From NCBI GenBank assembly GCA_963664815.2, contig CAXXHB010000003.1, forward strand, positions 1,184,001 through 1,248,000: a stretch of DNA of 64,000 nt. Reading direction: 5' to 3'. Positions within the stretch are counted from its first letter, which is position 1; every line of letters starts with the position of its first letter. The stretch is from Spirochaetota bacterium. GTDB taxonomy: Bacteria; Spirochaetota; UBA4802; UBA5550. The translations under genes and the position numbers were made by a program. The notes under the pieces were generated by a model. It had not been told where the DNA came from, did no database searches, and worked only from the letters and a program-made list of their open reading frames with translations. This document shows positions 9,063 through 18,697 of this stretch, piece after piece.

Positions 9063-9419
9063 ATGGATAAATTCAGGTATATATCAGCAGTGGAAATAAA
9101 ACGAAAAGGAAATGTGATAGTTGTTTCACTGCCAAAGTATTTTTATATCGGCAATATCGCAGAAATTGAAGGTGTCTGGGAGAAAATATTAAATAACGAA
9201 GCATCAGTTATCGGTTTCGATTGTGATAAACTAGAATTTATTGATTCTTCGGCAATAGGCACACTTGTTAAGTTTTTTAACAGTTCTGTTAAAAATAATA
9301 TAGAAATGTTTGTTTTTGGACTTAAGACAGAATTACAGAAAATTTTTGATACAACAAAAATTAATCGTGTGATGTCTGTTATCTCTAAAGAAGAGTTCGA
9401 TCAGAGATTTTTAGAATAA
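9063..9419 (+). CDS. STAS-domain anti-sigma-factor antagonist
   Basis: LEFIDSSAIGTLV motif with phosphorylatable Ser; 118 aa. Confidence 0.88.
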   Translation: MDKFRYISAVEIKRKGNVIVVSLPKYFYIGNIAEIEGVWEKILNNEASVIGFDCDKLEFIDSSAIGTLVKFFNSSVKNNIEMFVFGLKTELQKIFDTTKINRVMSVISKEEFDQRFLE

Positions 9420-9443
9420 TATCATATATTCAGGTTTAATTTA

Positions 9444-9935
9444 TTGGATAATATCAAAAAATTAATAAAATATTTTCCTTCTGTTATACTGGTACTGATT
9501 GTCATTCAGTCTTTTTTTGCATGCAGTTCTTATCAAAACACAACTTGGCCTTATGTATTTCCCGGAACAAAGCGATATTCGGTAGTTAAAACCGCTGAAA
9601 AATTTTTAGGAGTCAGGTATAAATTTGGCGGGAGTGATCCTGCAGGTTTTGATTGTTCAGGTTATTCAAGTTATGTCTACAAAATGAACGGATTGCTTAT
9701 ACCTCATTCGGCGCAGCAGCAGTTTGCTAACGGAAAAAGAATTGGAATAAGAAAAGCCAGACCTGGTGATCTGGTTTTTTTCAGAATTTCAGGATGGAAA
9801 ATTTCTCATGTAGCAATTTATATGGGGAATTACAGGTTTATTCATGCTCCCAGCAGTGGTAAACATGTTTCTTTTGATGATATAAGAAAAGATTATTGGC
9901 GTAAAAGATACGCAGGTACTGTAACATATTTTTAA
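9444..9935 (+). CDS. NlpC/P60 (C40) peptidoglycan endopeptidase lipoprotein
   Basis: Lipobox FFAC; GVRYKFGG, FDCSG, PGDLVFF, HVAIY, FIHA. Confidence 0.93.
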   Translation: MDNIKKLIKYFPSVILVLIVIQSFFACSSYQNTTWPYVFPGTKRYSVVKTAEKFLGVRYKFGGSDPAGFDCSGYSSYVYKMNGLLIPHSAQQQFANGKRIGIRKARPGDLVFFRISGWKISHVAIYMGNYRFIHAPSSGKHVSFDDIRKDYWRKRYAGTVTYF

Positions 9936-10115
9936 GATTCTTTCCTCAACACTCTGTGTGAATGAAATAATTAAATAACTTTTTTTACTGAAAGCATAAA
10001 ACTGATCCTTTGTTATTGGTTTTAATGCAATTTTCAGTAATTTGGAATATTTTATATTATTTTTTTCTTTTTATCTACTTTTAATCAAAGACGAATGAGA
10101 AATATTTATTATTTC

Positions 10116-10144
10116 TTGACAGATTAGTATTTAAATATTAGTAT
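10116..10144 (+). promoter_or_regulatory. Sigma70 promoter of coaD
   Basis: TTGACA-N17-TAGTAT. Confidence 0.65.
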
Positions 10145-10169
10145 TAACGTGTATAAATTTTGGAGAATT

Positions 10170-10655
10170 ATGCGGGTTGGAATTTATCCTGGATCATTTG
10201 ATCCTTTAACATATGGTCATCTCGATATTATCGAGAGAGCAACAAAAATATGTGACAGGTTAGTAGTTGGTATACTTGTTAACAGTGCAAAAAAATCTTT
10301 GTTTACACACGAAGAGAGAGTTGATTTAGTAAAGCACTGTTGTAGTGACATTAACTCAAATATAGAGGTAGTATCGTTTGGTGGATTGCTTGTTGATTTT
10401 TGCAGAGATTACAATATATCCTGCATAATCAGGGGATTACGTGCAGTAAGTGATTTCGAATATGAAATTACAATAGCTTCTTTAAATAAAAGACTTGCCC
10501 CTGATGTAGAAACAATATTTCTTATGGGAAAAGATGAAAATCTTTTTGTTTCATCAACACTTGTAAAGGAAGTGGCAATCTATAATGGTGATATCTCAAC
10601 ACTTGTTCCTCCATATGTAGCCGAAAAAATTCGTCAAAAACTCTCCGCCGCGTAG
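10170..10655 (+). CDS. coaD: Phosphopantetheine adenylyltransferase
   Basis: YPGSFDPLTYGHLDII, RGLRAVSDFEYE, VSSTLVKE; ATG at 10170 with GGAG SD. Confidence 0.97.
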   Translation: MRVGIYPGSFDPLTYGHLDIIERATKICDRLVVGILVNSAKKSLFTHEERVDLVKHCCSDINSNIEVVSFGGLLVDFCRDYNISCIIRGLRAVSDFEYEITIASLNKRLAPDVETIFLMGKDENLFVSSTLVKEVAIYNGDISTLVPPYVAEKIRQKLSAA

Positions 10656-10773
10656 CTTAATTTATATACTTGCTGTATATTGTTACGTCAGGATTTATAC
10701 CGATTTAAAATTGCAGATTAAATGGGCTGTTCAATCAGTCTGAAAATTAAACATGCGGTAAGGGAGGTATGAA

Positions 10774-12303
10774 ATGACTGTTATTATTTTAGCTGCAGCA
10801 CTCCCTGTTGCTGGGATTCTGGGATATGCATTAAGATCATATTTTGGAAGAATAAAATTGAATTCAGCAGAGGCTAGATCTCACAGAATTATACAGGATG
10901 CATTAAAAGAGGCTGAGAATAAAAGAAAGGAACTTTTAATTGAAGCAAAGGATCAGTTGCTTAAAGAAAAGAATATTCTTGATAAGGAAATGAGAGAAAG
11001 GAGACAGGAGCTTTTAGTCACTGAAAAAAGATTTTTTCAGAAAGAGGAAGCTATCGATGCCAAGCTGGAAGAGATTCAGAAACAGGAAAAAAGCCTGGAA
11101 TTAAGAGATCAGGAAACCAAAGAGAAACAGGAAGAACTGAGGAAAGAATTTGAAAAACACAGGCAGGAGTTGGAAAGAATTGCCGGGATGAGTTCAGAAG
11201 AGGCAAAAAATCTTCTTTTGAAAAATGTTGAAAATGATGCCAGATTTGATGTGTCCAGATTGATTAATAAAATTGAAGAGGAGGCAAAAAGAACTGCTGA
11301 TAAAAAAGCCAAGGATATTATTGTTTCCGCTCTTCAGAGAAACGCATCAGAGTATACTTCAGAGAATACAGTTACAACGGTTTCCCTTCCTTCTGATGAA
11401 ATGAAGGGAAGAATTATAGGTAGAGAAGGGCGTAATATCAGAACTCTGGAAAATCTGACTGGAGTAGATATGATAATTGATGATACTCCAGAGGTTGTTG
11501 TAATATCAGGATTTGATCCTGTAAGAAGGGAAATCGCAAGATTGTCACTTGAGCGTCTTATTCAGAATGGACGTATACATCCTGCAAGAATTGAAGAGGT
11601 TGTAGAAAAGATAACCAAGGAAATAGAAGAGACAATGCTTGAAGAGGGGGAAAAAGCTGCATATTCGCTTGGAATACCGGGTCTTCATAAAGATGCTCTT
11701 TATAATGTCGGAAAGCTTAAATTCAGAACAAGTTATGGTCAGGATGTTCTTGCACATAGTATTGAAGTGGCTAATCTTGCAGGTATTATGGCTGGTGAGC
11801 TTGGACTTGATGTTCAGCTGGCGAAGAGGTCTGGACTCCTCCATGATGTTGGGAAGGGGAGCATAGTCGAGGGGGAGGGCGCTCATGCAATAGTCGGCGC
11901 CGAGATGGCGAAAAAGTTCGGTGAGTCTGATAAGTGTATAAACATTATTGCATCTCATCATAATGATCGTGAGCCCGAGTCATTTGAAGCGGTACTTGTG
12001 CAGGTGGCAGATGCCATTTCAGCTTCACGCCCTGGAGCAAGAAGAGAATCTCTTGATACTTATATTAAACGTCTTGAGAACCTCGAGAGAATTGCATCTG
12101 ATTTTAAAGGAGTTGAAAAGACTTTTGCGATACAGGCAGGAAGAGAACTGAGAGTAATGGTGGATAACTCATTAATCTCAGATGAAAGAGCTGAACAGAT
12201 GGCAAGAGACATTGCACAAAAAATTGAATCAGAACTTAAATACCCCGGTATAGTGAGGGTGACTGTAATACGGGAGACACGAGTCATAGATTACGCAAGA
12301 TAG
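10774..12303 (+). CDS. rny: Ribonuclease Y
   Basis: N-terminal TM, coiled coil, KH domain (KGRIIGREGRNIR), HD domain (LLHDVGK), C-terminal AIQAGRE. Confidence 0.97.
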   Translation: MTVIILAAALPVAGILGYALRSYFGRIKLNSAEARSHRIIQDALKEAENKRKELLIEAKDQLLKEKNILDKEMRERRQELLVTEKRFFQKEEAIDAKLEEIQKQEKSLELRDQETKEKQEELRKEFEKHRQELERIAGMSSEEAKNLLLKNVENDARFDVSRLINKIEEEAKRTADKKAKDIIVSALQRNASEYTSENTVTTVSLPSDEMKGRIIGREGRNIRTLENLTGVDMIIDDTPEVVVISGFDPVRREIARLSLERLIQNGRIHPARIEEVVEKITKEIEETMLEEGEKAAYSLGIPGLHKDALYNVGKLKFRTSYGQDVLAHSIEVANLAGIMAGELGLDVQLAKRSGLLHDVGKGSIVEGEGAHAIVGAEMAKKFGESDKCINIIASHHNDREPESFEAVLVQVADAISASRPGARRESLDTYIKRLENLERIASDFKGVEKTFAIQAGRELRVMVDNSLISDERAEQMARDIAQKIESELKYPGIVRVTVIRETRVIDYAR

Positions 12304-12324
12304 CACTTAATATTTTTTTCGATG

Positions 12325-12355
12325 AAAGAGGATTCCGCAGGGTATCCTCTTTTTA
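12325..12355 (+). terminator. Intrinsic terminator after rny
   Basis: AAAGAGGAT...ATCCTCTTT-TT. Confidence 0.75.
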
Positions 12356-12442
12356 TTTATATGGAATATTATTCTCAAAAAGGATTAGACAGTGTGAAGT
12401 AAAAAATATATCTGTTGTTTTATAATATAAATTGGAAGTGAC

Positions 12443-13219
12443 ATGAAAGAGATTCGAGTATTTGTTATTGGAGATATCGTTGGTAAGGCTGGAAGAAATA
12501 TATTAGCAAGTAAACTCCCGGGACTTATTGATCGAGAAAGAATTGATGTCGTTATTGCAAATGGCGAGAATTCTGCCGGAGGGATGGGTATGACTCCGGA
12601 AGTAACAAGAGAACTTTTTTCCAGAAGTATCAATGTTATCACATCCGGAAATCACATATGGAATAATAGTGATATTCTTGAGATAATAGATGCCGATCTG
12701 AATCTGCTTCGTCCTGCAAATTATCCTCCGGATGTTGTAGGCAAAGGGTACTGTATTATAAATTTTAAGGGAATAAATATCTGTGTCATCAATTTAATGG
12801 GGAGGATACTTATGACTGCGCTTGATTGCCCTTTCCGCAAGTTCGACGAAATTTATTCAAAAGTAAAAAATGAATCGAATATTATCATAGTTGATTTTCA
12901 TGCAGAGGCTACATCTGAAAAGCAGGCATTCGGGTGGTATGTTGATGGAAGGGCGTCTGCGGTGTTCGGGACTCATACTCATGTACAAACTGCTGATGAG
13001 AGAATTCTTCACCATGGAACTGGTTATATAACTGATATCGGGATGACGGGAGCTTTCGACTCAGTTATTGGAATGAAAACAGAAAAATCGATAAGGTTTT
13101 TTCTTTCACAGGCCAGAGTGAAATTTGAGGCTTCAGAGGAGAATCCTGGTATTAACGGTGCCATCTTTACAGTAACGGATTCCGGAAAAACCGTTGCAAT
13201 TAAAAGAATAAGGGAATAG
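12443..13219 (+). CDS. ymdB: YmdB-like (TIGR00282) metallophosphoesterase
   Basis: GDIVG, NGEN, TSGNH, DFHAEATSEK, GTHTHVQTAD; rny-ymdB synteny. Confidence 0.93.
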   Translation: MKEIRVFVIGDIVGKAGRNILASKLPGLIDRERIDVVIANGENSAGGMGMTPEVTRELFSRSINVITSGNHIWNNSDILEIIDADLNLLRPANYPPDVVGKGYCIINFKGINICVINLMGRILMTALDCPFRKFDEIYSKVKNESNIIIVDFHAEATSEKQAFGWYVDGRASAVFGTHTHVQTADERILHHGTGYITDIGMTGAFDSVIGMKTEKSIRFFLSQARVKFEASEENPGINGAIFTVTDSGKTVAIKRIRE

Positions 13220-13229
13220 AATATTATAA

Positions 13230-13862
13230 TTATTTTTTGTCTATATTATCAGTGATCTTTTTCACACGATCTTTGTCTGACTGGAATCTGAAATAATCAA
13301 ACAGAATATATTTATTTTTTTTATCAGTAACCTTCGGATAAACAACTTTTATAATATCAATAAGTTCATTGGTGTCTGTTTTTCTGAACTGGTTGAGTAG
13401 CTCTATAAGCTGGGAGAAAGAAAAATAATTATTTTCTGAAGCAATTTTTATTACTTCAACTTTTTCGCTGTTGAATTTTTTAACTTTAAGATTATTAACC
13501 AATAATTTAAAATCAGTATCAGTCATCTCTTTTATTTCTGTATCAAGTTGTTCTTTCTTTGTTTCATCATTTGTTATAACGGCATCAAGCGGTATTGCAG
13601 CGATCAGGATACGTATAGCTTTGAGTTCTTTAATCGCTTCAGCCCTTTCAAGACTTCCCAGTTTGGTGATGTACTCATATTCAAGTTTGTCAATTCTGGA
13701 TTTGATTATAGTGATGATCTGATCAGATTTTATTTTACCGCCTTTTGACTCGGTAATGTCAATGGGTAGTGATCCTTCATCTGTCTTAAGAATTATTTCT
13801 TTTGCGCTTATATTCAGGGAGAATGTAATTAAAATAGAAGTGATTATAATTTTAAATTTCAT
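13230..13862 (-). CDS. Exported protein with C-terminal DUF4476-like domain
   Basis: Signal peptide; MTDTDF..L, F.SEK, NYFSFSQL..LL, YPKVTDKKN..F.FQSDK pattern. Confidence 0.6.
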   Translation of the reverse strand: MKFKIIITSILITFSLNISAKEIILKTDEGSLPIDITESKGGKIKSDQIITIIKSRIDKLEYEYITKLGSLERAEAIKELKAIRILIAAIPLDAVITNDETKKEQLDTEIKEMTDTDFKLLVNNLKVKKFNSEKVEVIKIASENNYFSFSQLIELLNQFRKTDTNELIDIIKVVYPKVTDKKNKYILFDYFRFQSDKDRVKKITDNIDKK

Positions 13863-14061
13863 GGTAACGCCTCACATCGGGTATTTTAAGATTCCGGTAT
13901 TACAGAAAAATAACAATGATTGGGAATTATTTAGCTGTTATATGTAAAAGAGATATTTGTCAAATAATTAACTTTTTTATTTTTTAATAAATGATTTTAA
14001 ATTTCACTGAAAGTAGTTTTTTTTGTATTGGTCATTGACTTCATGCTAAAATCAGGTTTGT

Positions 14062-14928
14062 TTAAATCAGCGTTAAAAGTTCCTCTTTTTTAAAATTATA
14101 CTCTTTTGTGCAAAAAGTGCATGTAATGGAGGCTCCTCCATCTTTTTCGATCATATCTTTAATATCATCTTTGTTTATAGTTTTTAGCAGGTTGAACAGA
14201 GTTTCATGGGAACACCGGCATTTATGCAGCAGTGGCAGAGTACTCAAAATCTCTGTTTTCTTGTAATCAAACAATTCTTCAACAATAGCACAGATATTTT
14301 CTCCCTGTTGCAGCCTGTCTCCGAGGTGTCGGTTCATTTTTTTTATGTTGTCTTCAACCTTCTCTATTGCTGAGATGTCAGTATCCGGAAATGTCTGTAT
14401 GAGTATACCACCAGATGAAGTTATCTCACCTTCACGGTCAATGTTAAGTCCTATGATTACCGCAGAGGGAGTTTGTTCCGATGTCACAAGGTAATATGCA
14501 AGGTCGGATGCGACTTCTCCGTTCATTAGCGGAGTTACACTGCTGTATGGTTCATTCGCACCTGTATTCTTTATAACAGTGAGAAGACCGGCTCCGATTG
14601 ATTTTGAAAAACTGATTTGATGCATATCATCAGTGATATCAACCATGGGATTTGCAATATATCCGCGAAGATTTCCGAAAGCATCAACCTGAACGTGTAC
14701 CTCCCTGATCGGACCACTTCCGGAAAACTTCAGAATCAGACTTTGATTGGTTTGAGGCTTCAATGTAGCACTTAATAAGGCTCCTGCATTGACTGTTCTC
14801 CCAAGAGCTACGGTTGCATTGGGTGTTGTTTTATGCAGTTTTGTAATCTCCCTGACTATATCAAGAGATGTTACTGTATAAGCTCTGAGTTTTAATGATT
14901 CACAATAAATACGTGATATATGATCCAT
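14062..14928 (-). CDS. hslO: Hsp33 redox-regulated chaperone
   Basis: ALGRT, YYLVTSEQTPSAV, GGILIQ, C-terminal CRCS...CTFC zinc motif. Confidence 0.95.
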   Translation of the reverse strand: MDHISRIYCESLKLRAYTVTSLDIVREITKLHKTTPNATVALGRTVNAGALLSATLKPQTNQSLILKFSGSGPIREVHVQVDAFGNLRGYIANPMVDITDDMHQISFSKSIGAGLLTVIKNTGANEPYSSVTPLMNGEVASDLAYYLVTSEQTPSAVIIGLNIDREGEITSSGGILIQTFPDTDISAIEKVEDNIKKMNRHLGDRLQQGENICAIVEELFDYKKTEILSTLPLLHKCRCSHETLFNLLKTINKDDIKDMIEKDGGASITCTFCTKEYNFKKEELLTLI

Positions 14929-15128
14929 TTATTATCCTTTTAATAACTTTGTTCAGTTCCAAAGGCACCTCTTCTTTCAAGAGGAATTGAAGAGGAATGA
15001 AAGAAGAGTTTTTATATTCCCTTACGAGGGTTTTGGTAATTGTCTTCACAGTTTCAAGATTTGTTTTAACACCTTTCCCGATAAAATTTGATCCTGCGTT
15101 AACATAGTTAATTACTAAATTTTTATTT

Positions 15129-15692
15129 TTAATTCCATTTAATATCGTGACGAATTTTTGCCGAGAATAACTCCGTCAGCAGATTATTTAAGTTATCCTT
15201 TACAATGAGATTTGAAAGATGTGTTTCTTTCAGAAAACCCTCTATAACCATAAGCTCAAACTGTTTTATCAGGTTGTTGTAAAAACCTTTTATATTAAGA
15301 AGGAGTATCGGTTTTGAGTGATAACCAAGTTGAAGCCATGTAAATACTTCTAAGAGTTCTTCAAGAGATCCAATTCCTCCAGGGAGGCAGATGAATGCAT
15401 CGGACATGCTGTACATCATCGCCTTTCTTTCATGCATTGTTTTTACCACTATAAGTTCCGATATGTTTTTATGGGGAACATGTTTATTTATCATTTCGGG
15501 GATTATACCGGTAACGTGTCCCCCTCTGTTCATCATTGTAGATGAAAGAATTCCCATCAATCCGATATCACCCCCTCCGTATACAAGAGAAACAGAGTTG
15601 TCAACGAGGTAATCACCAAGTGCAGCAGCCATATTTGAATAGGTGGGATCATTTCCTGTACTTGATCCGCAAAAGACACAGATTTTTATCAT
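15129..15692 (-). CDS. LOG-family (TIGR00730) nucleotide phosphoribohydrolase
   Basis: ICVFCGSS, LVYGGG..GLMG, MHERKAMM, PGGIGSLEE; start trimmed to MIKIC. Confidence 0.92.
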   Translation of the reverse strand: MIKICVFCGSSTGNDPTYSNMAAALGDYLVDNSVSLVYGGGDIGLMGILSSTMMNRGGHVTGIIPEMINKHVPHKNISELIVVKTMHERKAMMYSMSDAFICLPGGIGSLEELLEVFTWLQLGYHSKPILLLNIKGFYNNLIKQFELMVIEGFLKETHLSNLIVKDNLNNLLTELFSAKIRHDIKWN

Positions 15693-15804
15693 ATTTTTTC
15701 TTACTATTAAATATAAAAGATTAAAATTAATGATTATATAGAATAATTTACCAAAAAAAGGCAATGATTTTCAGTGAAGATAGCTGTTTTTTATTGATAA
15801 AGTA

Positions 15805-15839
15805 TTGACAATTATATAACTAAATAGTTAGTTATATAA
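15805..15839 (+). promoter_or_regulatory. Sigma70 -35 box plus TetR-type operator palindrome
   Basis: TTGACA (15805-15810) followed by the perfect inverted repeat TTATATAACTA-N6-TAGTTATATAA (15812-15839), which covers the -10 region just upstream of the TetR gene. Confidence 0.8.
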
Positions 15840-15870
15840 AAAAAGTAAAAAATCAGGTTATATAGCAACT

Positions 15871-16503
15871 ATGAAGAAAAAAGGAGATATCAGCAGTGAG
15901 GAAAAAGTGATTGCTGCTGCAATTGATGAATTCGCCGAGAATGGATATGCTGGCGCAAGAGTGGACATTATAGCTGAGAAAGCAAAGGTTAATAAAGCGA
16001 TGATTTACTATCATTTCAAGAGTAAAGAATTACTTTATGAACGGATTTTGAAGGACATAACTGATGATATCTTCCGGCAGGTGCAGGATGCAGCTGTAAC
16101 AGAAGGGGATTCTGTTGAAGTATTTTATACTATAATAAAGCGATATATCAGCATGCTTAATTCATTCGACAGGAGTGTGTTTCAGATTATGCTGCGTGAG
16201 ATAGCAAGCGGAGCCAAACATTTTCGTAAAATTGCTATACCGAATCTTGCTGTTCCGATTATATCCCTGATACAACCGCTGATTCAGTCTGCAATAGACA
16301 AAAAGATGATGAGAGAAAATAATCCTTATTATACATTTCTTCAGATAATTGGAGGTATAATATTTTTCAATATAATAAAAATTCCCATGGAGGGATCAGT
16401 TCTCGAAAAAACAGTTTTCGGTGAAGGATATCTTGATGAATACACAGAAAATTTATTCAATATTCTGAAAAACGGAATAGAATTGAGGGATGGAAAATTA
16501 TGA
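15871..16503 (+). CDS. TetR/AcrR-family regulator (CecR-like)
   Basis: AAIDEFAENGY.GARVDIIAEKAKVNKAMIYYHFKSKE helix-turn-helix. Confidence 0.95.
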   Translation: MKKKGDISSEEKVIAAAIDEFAENGYAGARVDIIAEKAKVNKAMIYYHFKSKELLYERILKDITDDIFRQVQDAAVTEGDSVEVFYTIIKRYISMLNSFDRSVFQIMLREIASGAKHFRKIAIPNLAVPIISLIQPLIQSAIDKKMMRENNPYYTFLQIIGGIIFFNIIKIPMEGSVLEKTVFGEGYLDEYTENLFNILKNGIELRDGKL

Positions 16504-17894
16504 ATCAGAAATTATTTTTAATACTGAATATTTTTATTATTCTGATAATGTTTGAATTTCAGGCATTTTCTTCTGAGCCTGAAAGCATATCAGTAGACAA
16601 AGCGGTAAGCATTGCCCTCGCCAATAATCATGATTATAAAATAGCTGATCTCAGACTTAAAGAGGCTGGTGAAAGAATAAATACAGTTTGGGGGGAACTT
16701 TTTCCTGTTCTTGAATCTGAAGCTTCATTGATCCGTCAGGATGCCGAGAAGGGTTTTATGAGCCTTTCAGACGGGCAGATAGACGTTAAATTTATTCAGA
16801 TGAAATTTGGAATTAATCCTGGTTTTTTTTATAATTCGTTACAGTTGTCAAGAAAATCATATATTACTTCCAGTGAGGAAGTGAAAAGAATCAGAAACGA
16901 AACGGAACTGCAGGTAATTAAAAGTTATTTTTCACTTATTGTGGCTGAGGAGATGATTACTCTTAGGAAGGATTCAATAGATCTTCTTAAATTAAATCTG
17001 AAAGATGTTCAGAACATGTATTCAACAGGGAGCATACCAAAATATGATCTGCTCCAGGCAAAAGTTCAACTTAACAGCCAGCAACCTCTTCTTCTGGAAG
17101 CTGAGAATAATTATAGAACTTCGCTGGATTTTTTCAACTATACGCTGGGAAGCACAGGTTTATACAAAGCTGATCTTGACATACTTGAGAAAAATATACA
17201 GAAGATTAATCAGGAAGAAGCAGAACGAAAAATTGATATACTCATATCAGCCGCATTGAAAAACCGTCCGGAGCTGGTGCAGATAAAACAAAAAATGGAA
17301 GCTTCCGGATACAAAAGCAGTATGTATGATTCGTACTACATCTGGCCAACTTTTTCAGTTGGAGGGTACTATGGTATGACAAAAAATGACCCCAACAGTT
17401 TTAATCCGGGATTTCCTGCAACTTTTACGCCGGATTTTTCACAACTTACCGGTGATGACAAATGGCAAAATACATGGCAGGTAAAGGTCGCAGCAACATA
17501 TAGGTGGGGATCATTGTTCCGTCTGGATTCAAACGGTTCTCATTCAAGAGAAGAGGAGCTTACAGCGAAAGAAAGTGAACAAGAGCTTATGAAACTGAAA
17601 AAACTTATAACGATAAATATTAATTCCGGTTATTCAAAGCTTCTTACCTCGTATCTTACTATTTTATCACAGAAGGATAATGTTGATACTGCAGGTGAAG
17701 GTGTTAGAATTGCAAGGGAGAGTTTCAGGGAGGGAGTAATAAAAAATTCGGAGCTTCTTACTTCTGAACTGGCGTTAACTTCAGCACGGACCGGGTATAT
17801 TAATGCCATTAATTCATATTTCACAGCACTGGCTGAGCTTAAGAAAGAAACCGGTCTTGTTGACGATTCTATAATATTTGAAAAGGTTAAATGA
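16500..17894 (+). CDS. TolC-family outer-membrane efflux protein
   Basis: Signal peptide; ALANN, ALKNRPEL, two OEP repeats; ATGA overlap with tetR. Confidence 0.92.
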   Translation: MNQKLFLILNIFIILIMFEFQAFSSEPESISVDKAVSIALANNHDYKIADLRLKEAGERINTVWGELFPVLESEASLIRQDAEKGFMSLSDGQIDVKFIQMKFGINPGFFYNSLQLSRKSYITSSEEVKRIRNETELQVIKSYFSLIVAEEMITLRKDSIDLLKLNLKDVQNMYSTGSIPKYDLLQAKVQLNSQQPLLLEAENNYRTSLDFFNYTLGSTGLYKADLDILEKNIQKINQEEAERKIDILISAALKNRPELVQIKQKMEASGYKSSMYDSYYIWPTFSVGGYYGMTKNDPNSFNPGFPATFTPDFSQLTGDDKWQNTWQVKVAATYRWGSLFRLDSNGSHSREEELTAKESEQELMKLKKLITININSGYSKLLTSYLTILSQKDNVDTAGEGVRIARESFREGVIKNSELLTSELALTSARTGYINAINSYFTALAELKKETGLVDDSIIFEKVK

Positions 17895-18697
17895 TGAAAA
17901 AGAAAAAAATACCTCTGATAATATTTTCAGGAGTACTGATCGTTTTAACATTGTATTTTGAGTTCTTTAGAGACAAGGGGAAAATTTCCGGCATAATATC
18001 TGGTTCAGGCACAATCGAAGTGACAGAAATTGAAATAAGTTCAAGGATCTCCGGAAGGGTAGCCGAACTTCCCAAGCCTGAAGGATCTGATATCCGGCGG
18101 GGCGATCTTGCTGCAAGACTTGAGTATGAAGAGCTCTCGGCACAGCGTCTTTCTGCAAAAGCTAATTTTGTGAATGCAGAGAAAAACTATAATCGGGTCC
18201 GTGATCTTTATAAAACCGGTTCAATTTCACGCAAAGATCTTGATAACGCGGAGGCGGCATTCCGGATTGCAAAGGCCGGATACGATCAGGTCAGCGCAAC
18301 GATTGAAAACGCGGTACTGTATTCACCAATTGACGGGACTGTTCTTGATACAAATATTGAAGTAGGTGAAACTGCTTTTCCGGGGACACCTATTCTGACA
18401 ATTGCGGATATTACAAAGCCATGGATGTATATTTACATTAATGAAATTGAATTAGGTCGTGTCAAGATAGGGCAGGGAGTAAAAGTTTTTATAGATTCAT
18501 ATCCAGGTAAAGCATTCCCCGGAAAGGTTGTATCAATATCAAACAAGGCGGAATTTACCCCAAAGACGATTCAAACAAAAGATGAAAGAGTAAAACTTGT
18601 TTTTGCTGTTAAAGTAATGATAGAAAACAGTGACATGATTCTTAAACCGGGAATGCCTGCTGATGCCGAAATCATTATTTCAGGAAATGCAAAGTGA
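17891..18697 (+). CDS. HlyD-family periplasmic adaptor (YbhG-like)
   Basis: SGTIE..ISSRISGRV, SPIDG, AEFTPKTIQT..ER.KLVF, LKPGMPADA. Confidence 0.93.
   Translation: MMKKKKIPLIIFSGVLIVLTLYFEFFRDKGKISGIISGSGTIEVTEIEISSRISGRVAELPKPEGSDIRRGDLAARLEYEELSAQRLSAKANFVNAEKNYNRVRDLYKTGSISRKDLDNAEAAFRIAKAGYDQVSATIENAVLYSPIDGTVLDTNIEVGETAFPGTPILTIADITKPWMYIYINEIELGRVKIGQGVKVFIDSYPGKAFPGKVVSISNKAEFTPKTIQTKDERVKLVFAVKVMIENSDMILKPGMPADAEIIISGNAK

Noticed and set aside
10656-10773. Possible 6S RNA upstream of rny
   Set aside because: Only ~118 nt and no long rod-like self-complementarity.
14905-15175. Open minus-strand frame spanning the LOG-hslO gap (YVNAGSNFIGKGVKTNL...)
   Set aside because: No convincing start or RBS and no recognised homology; leader hairpins explain the region better.
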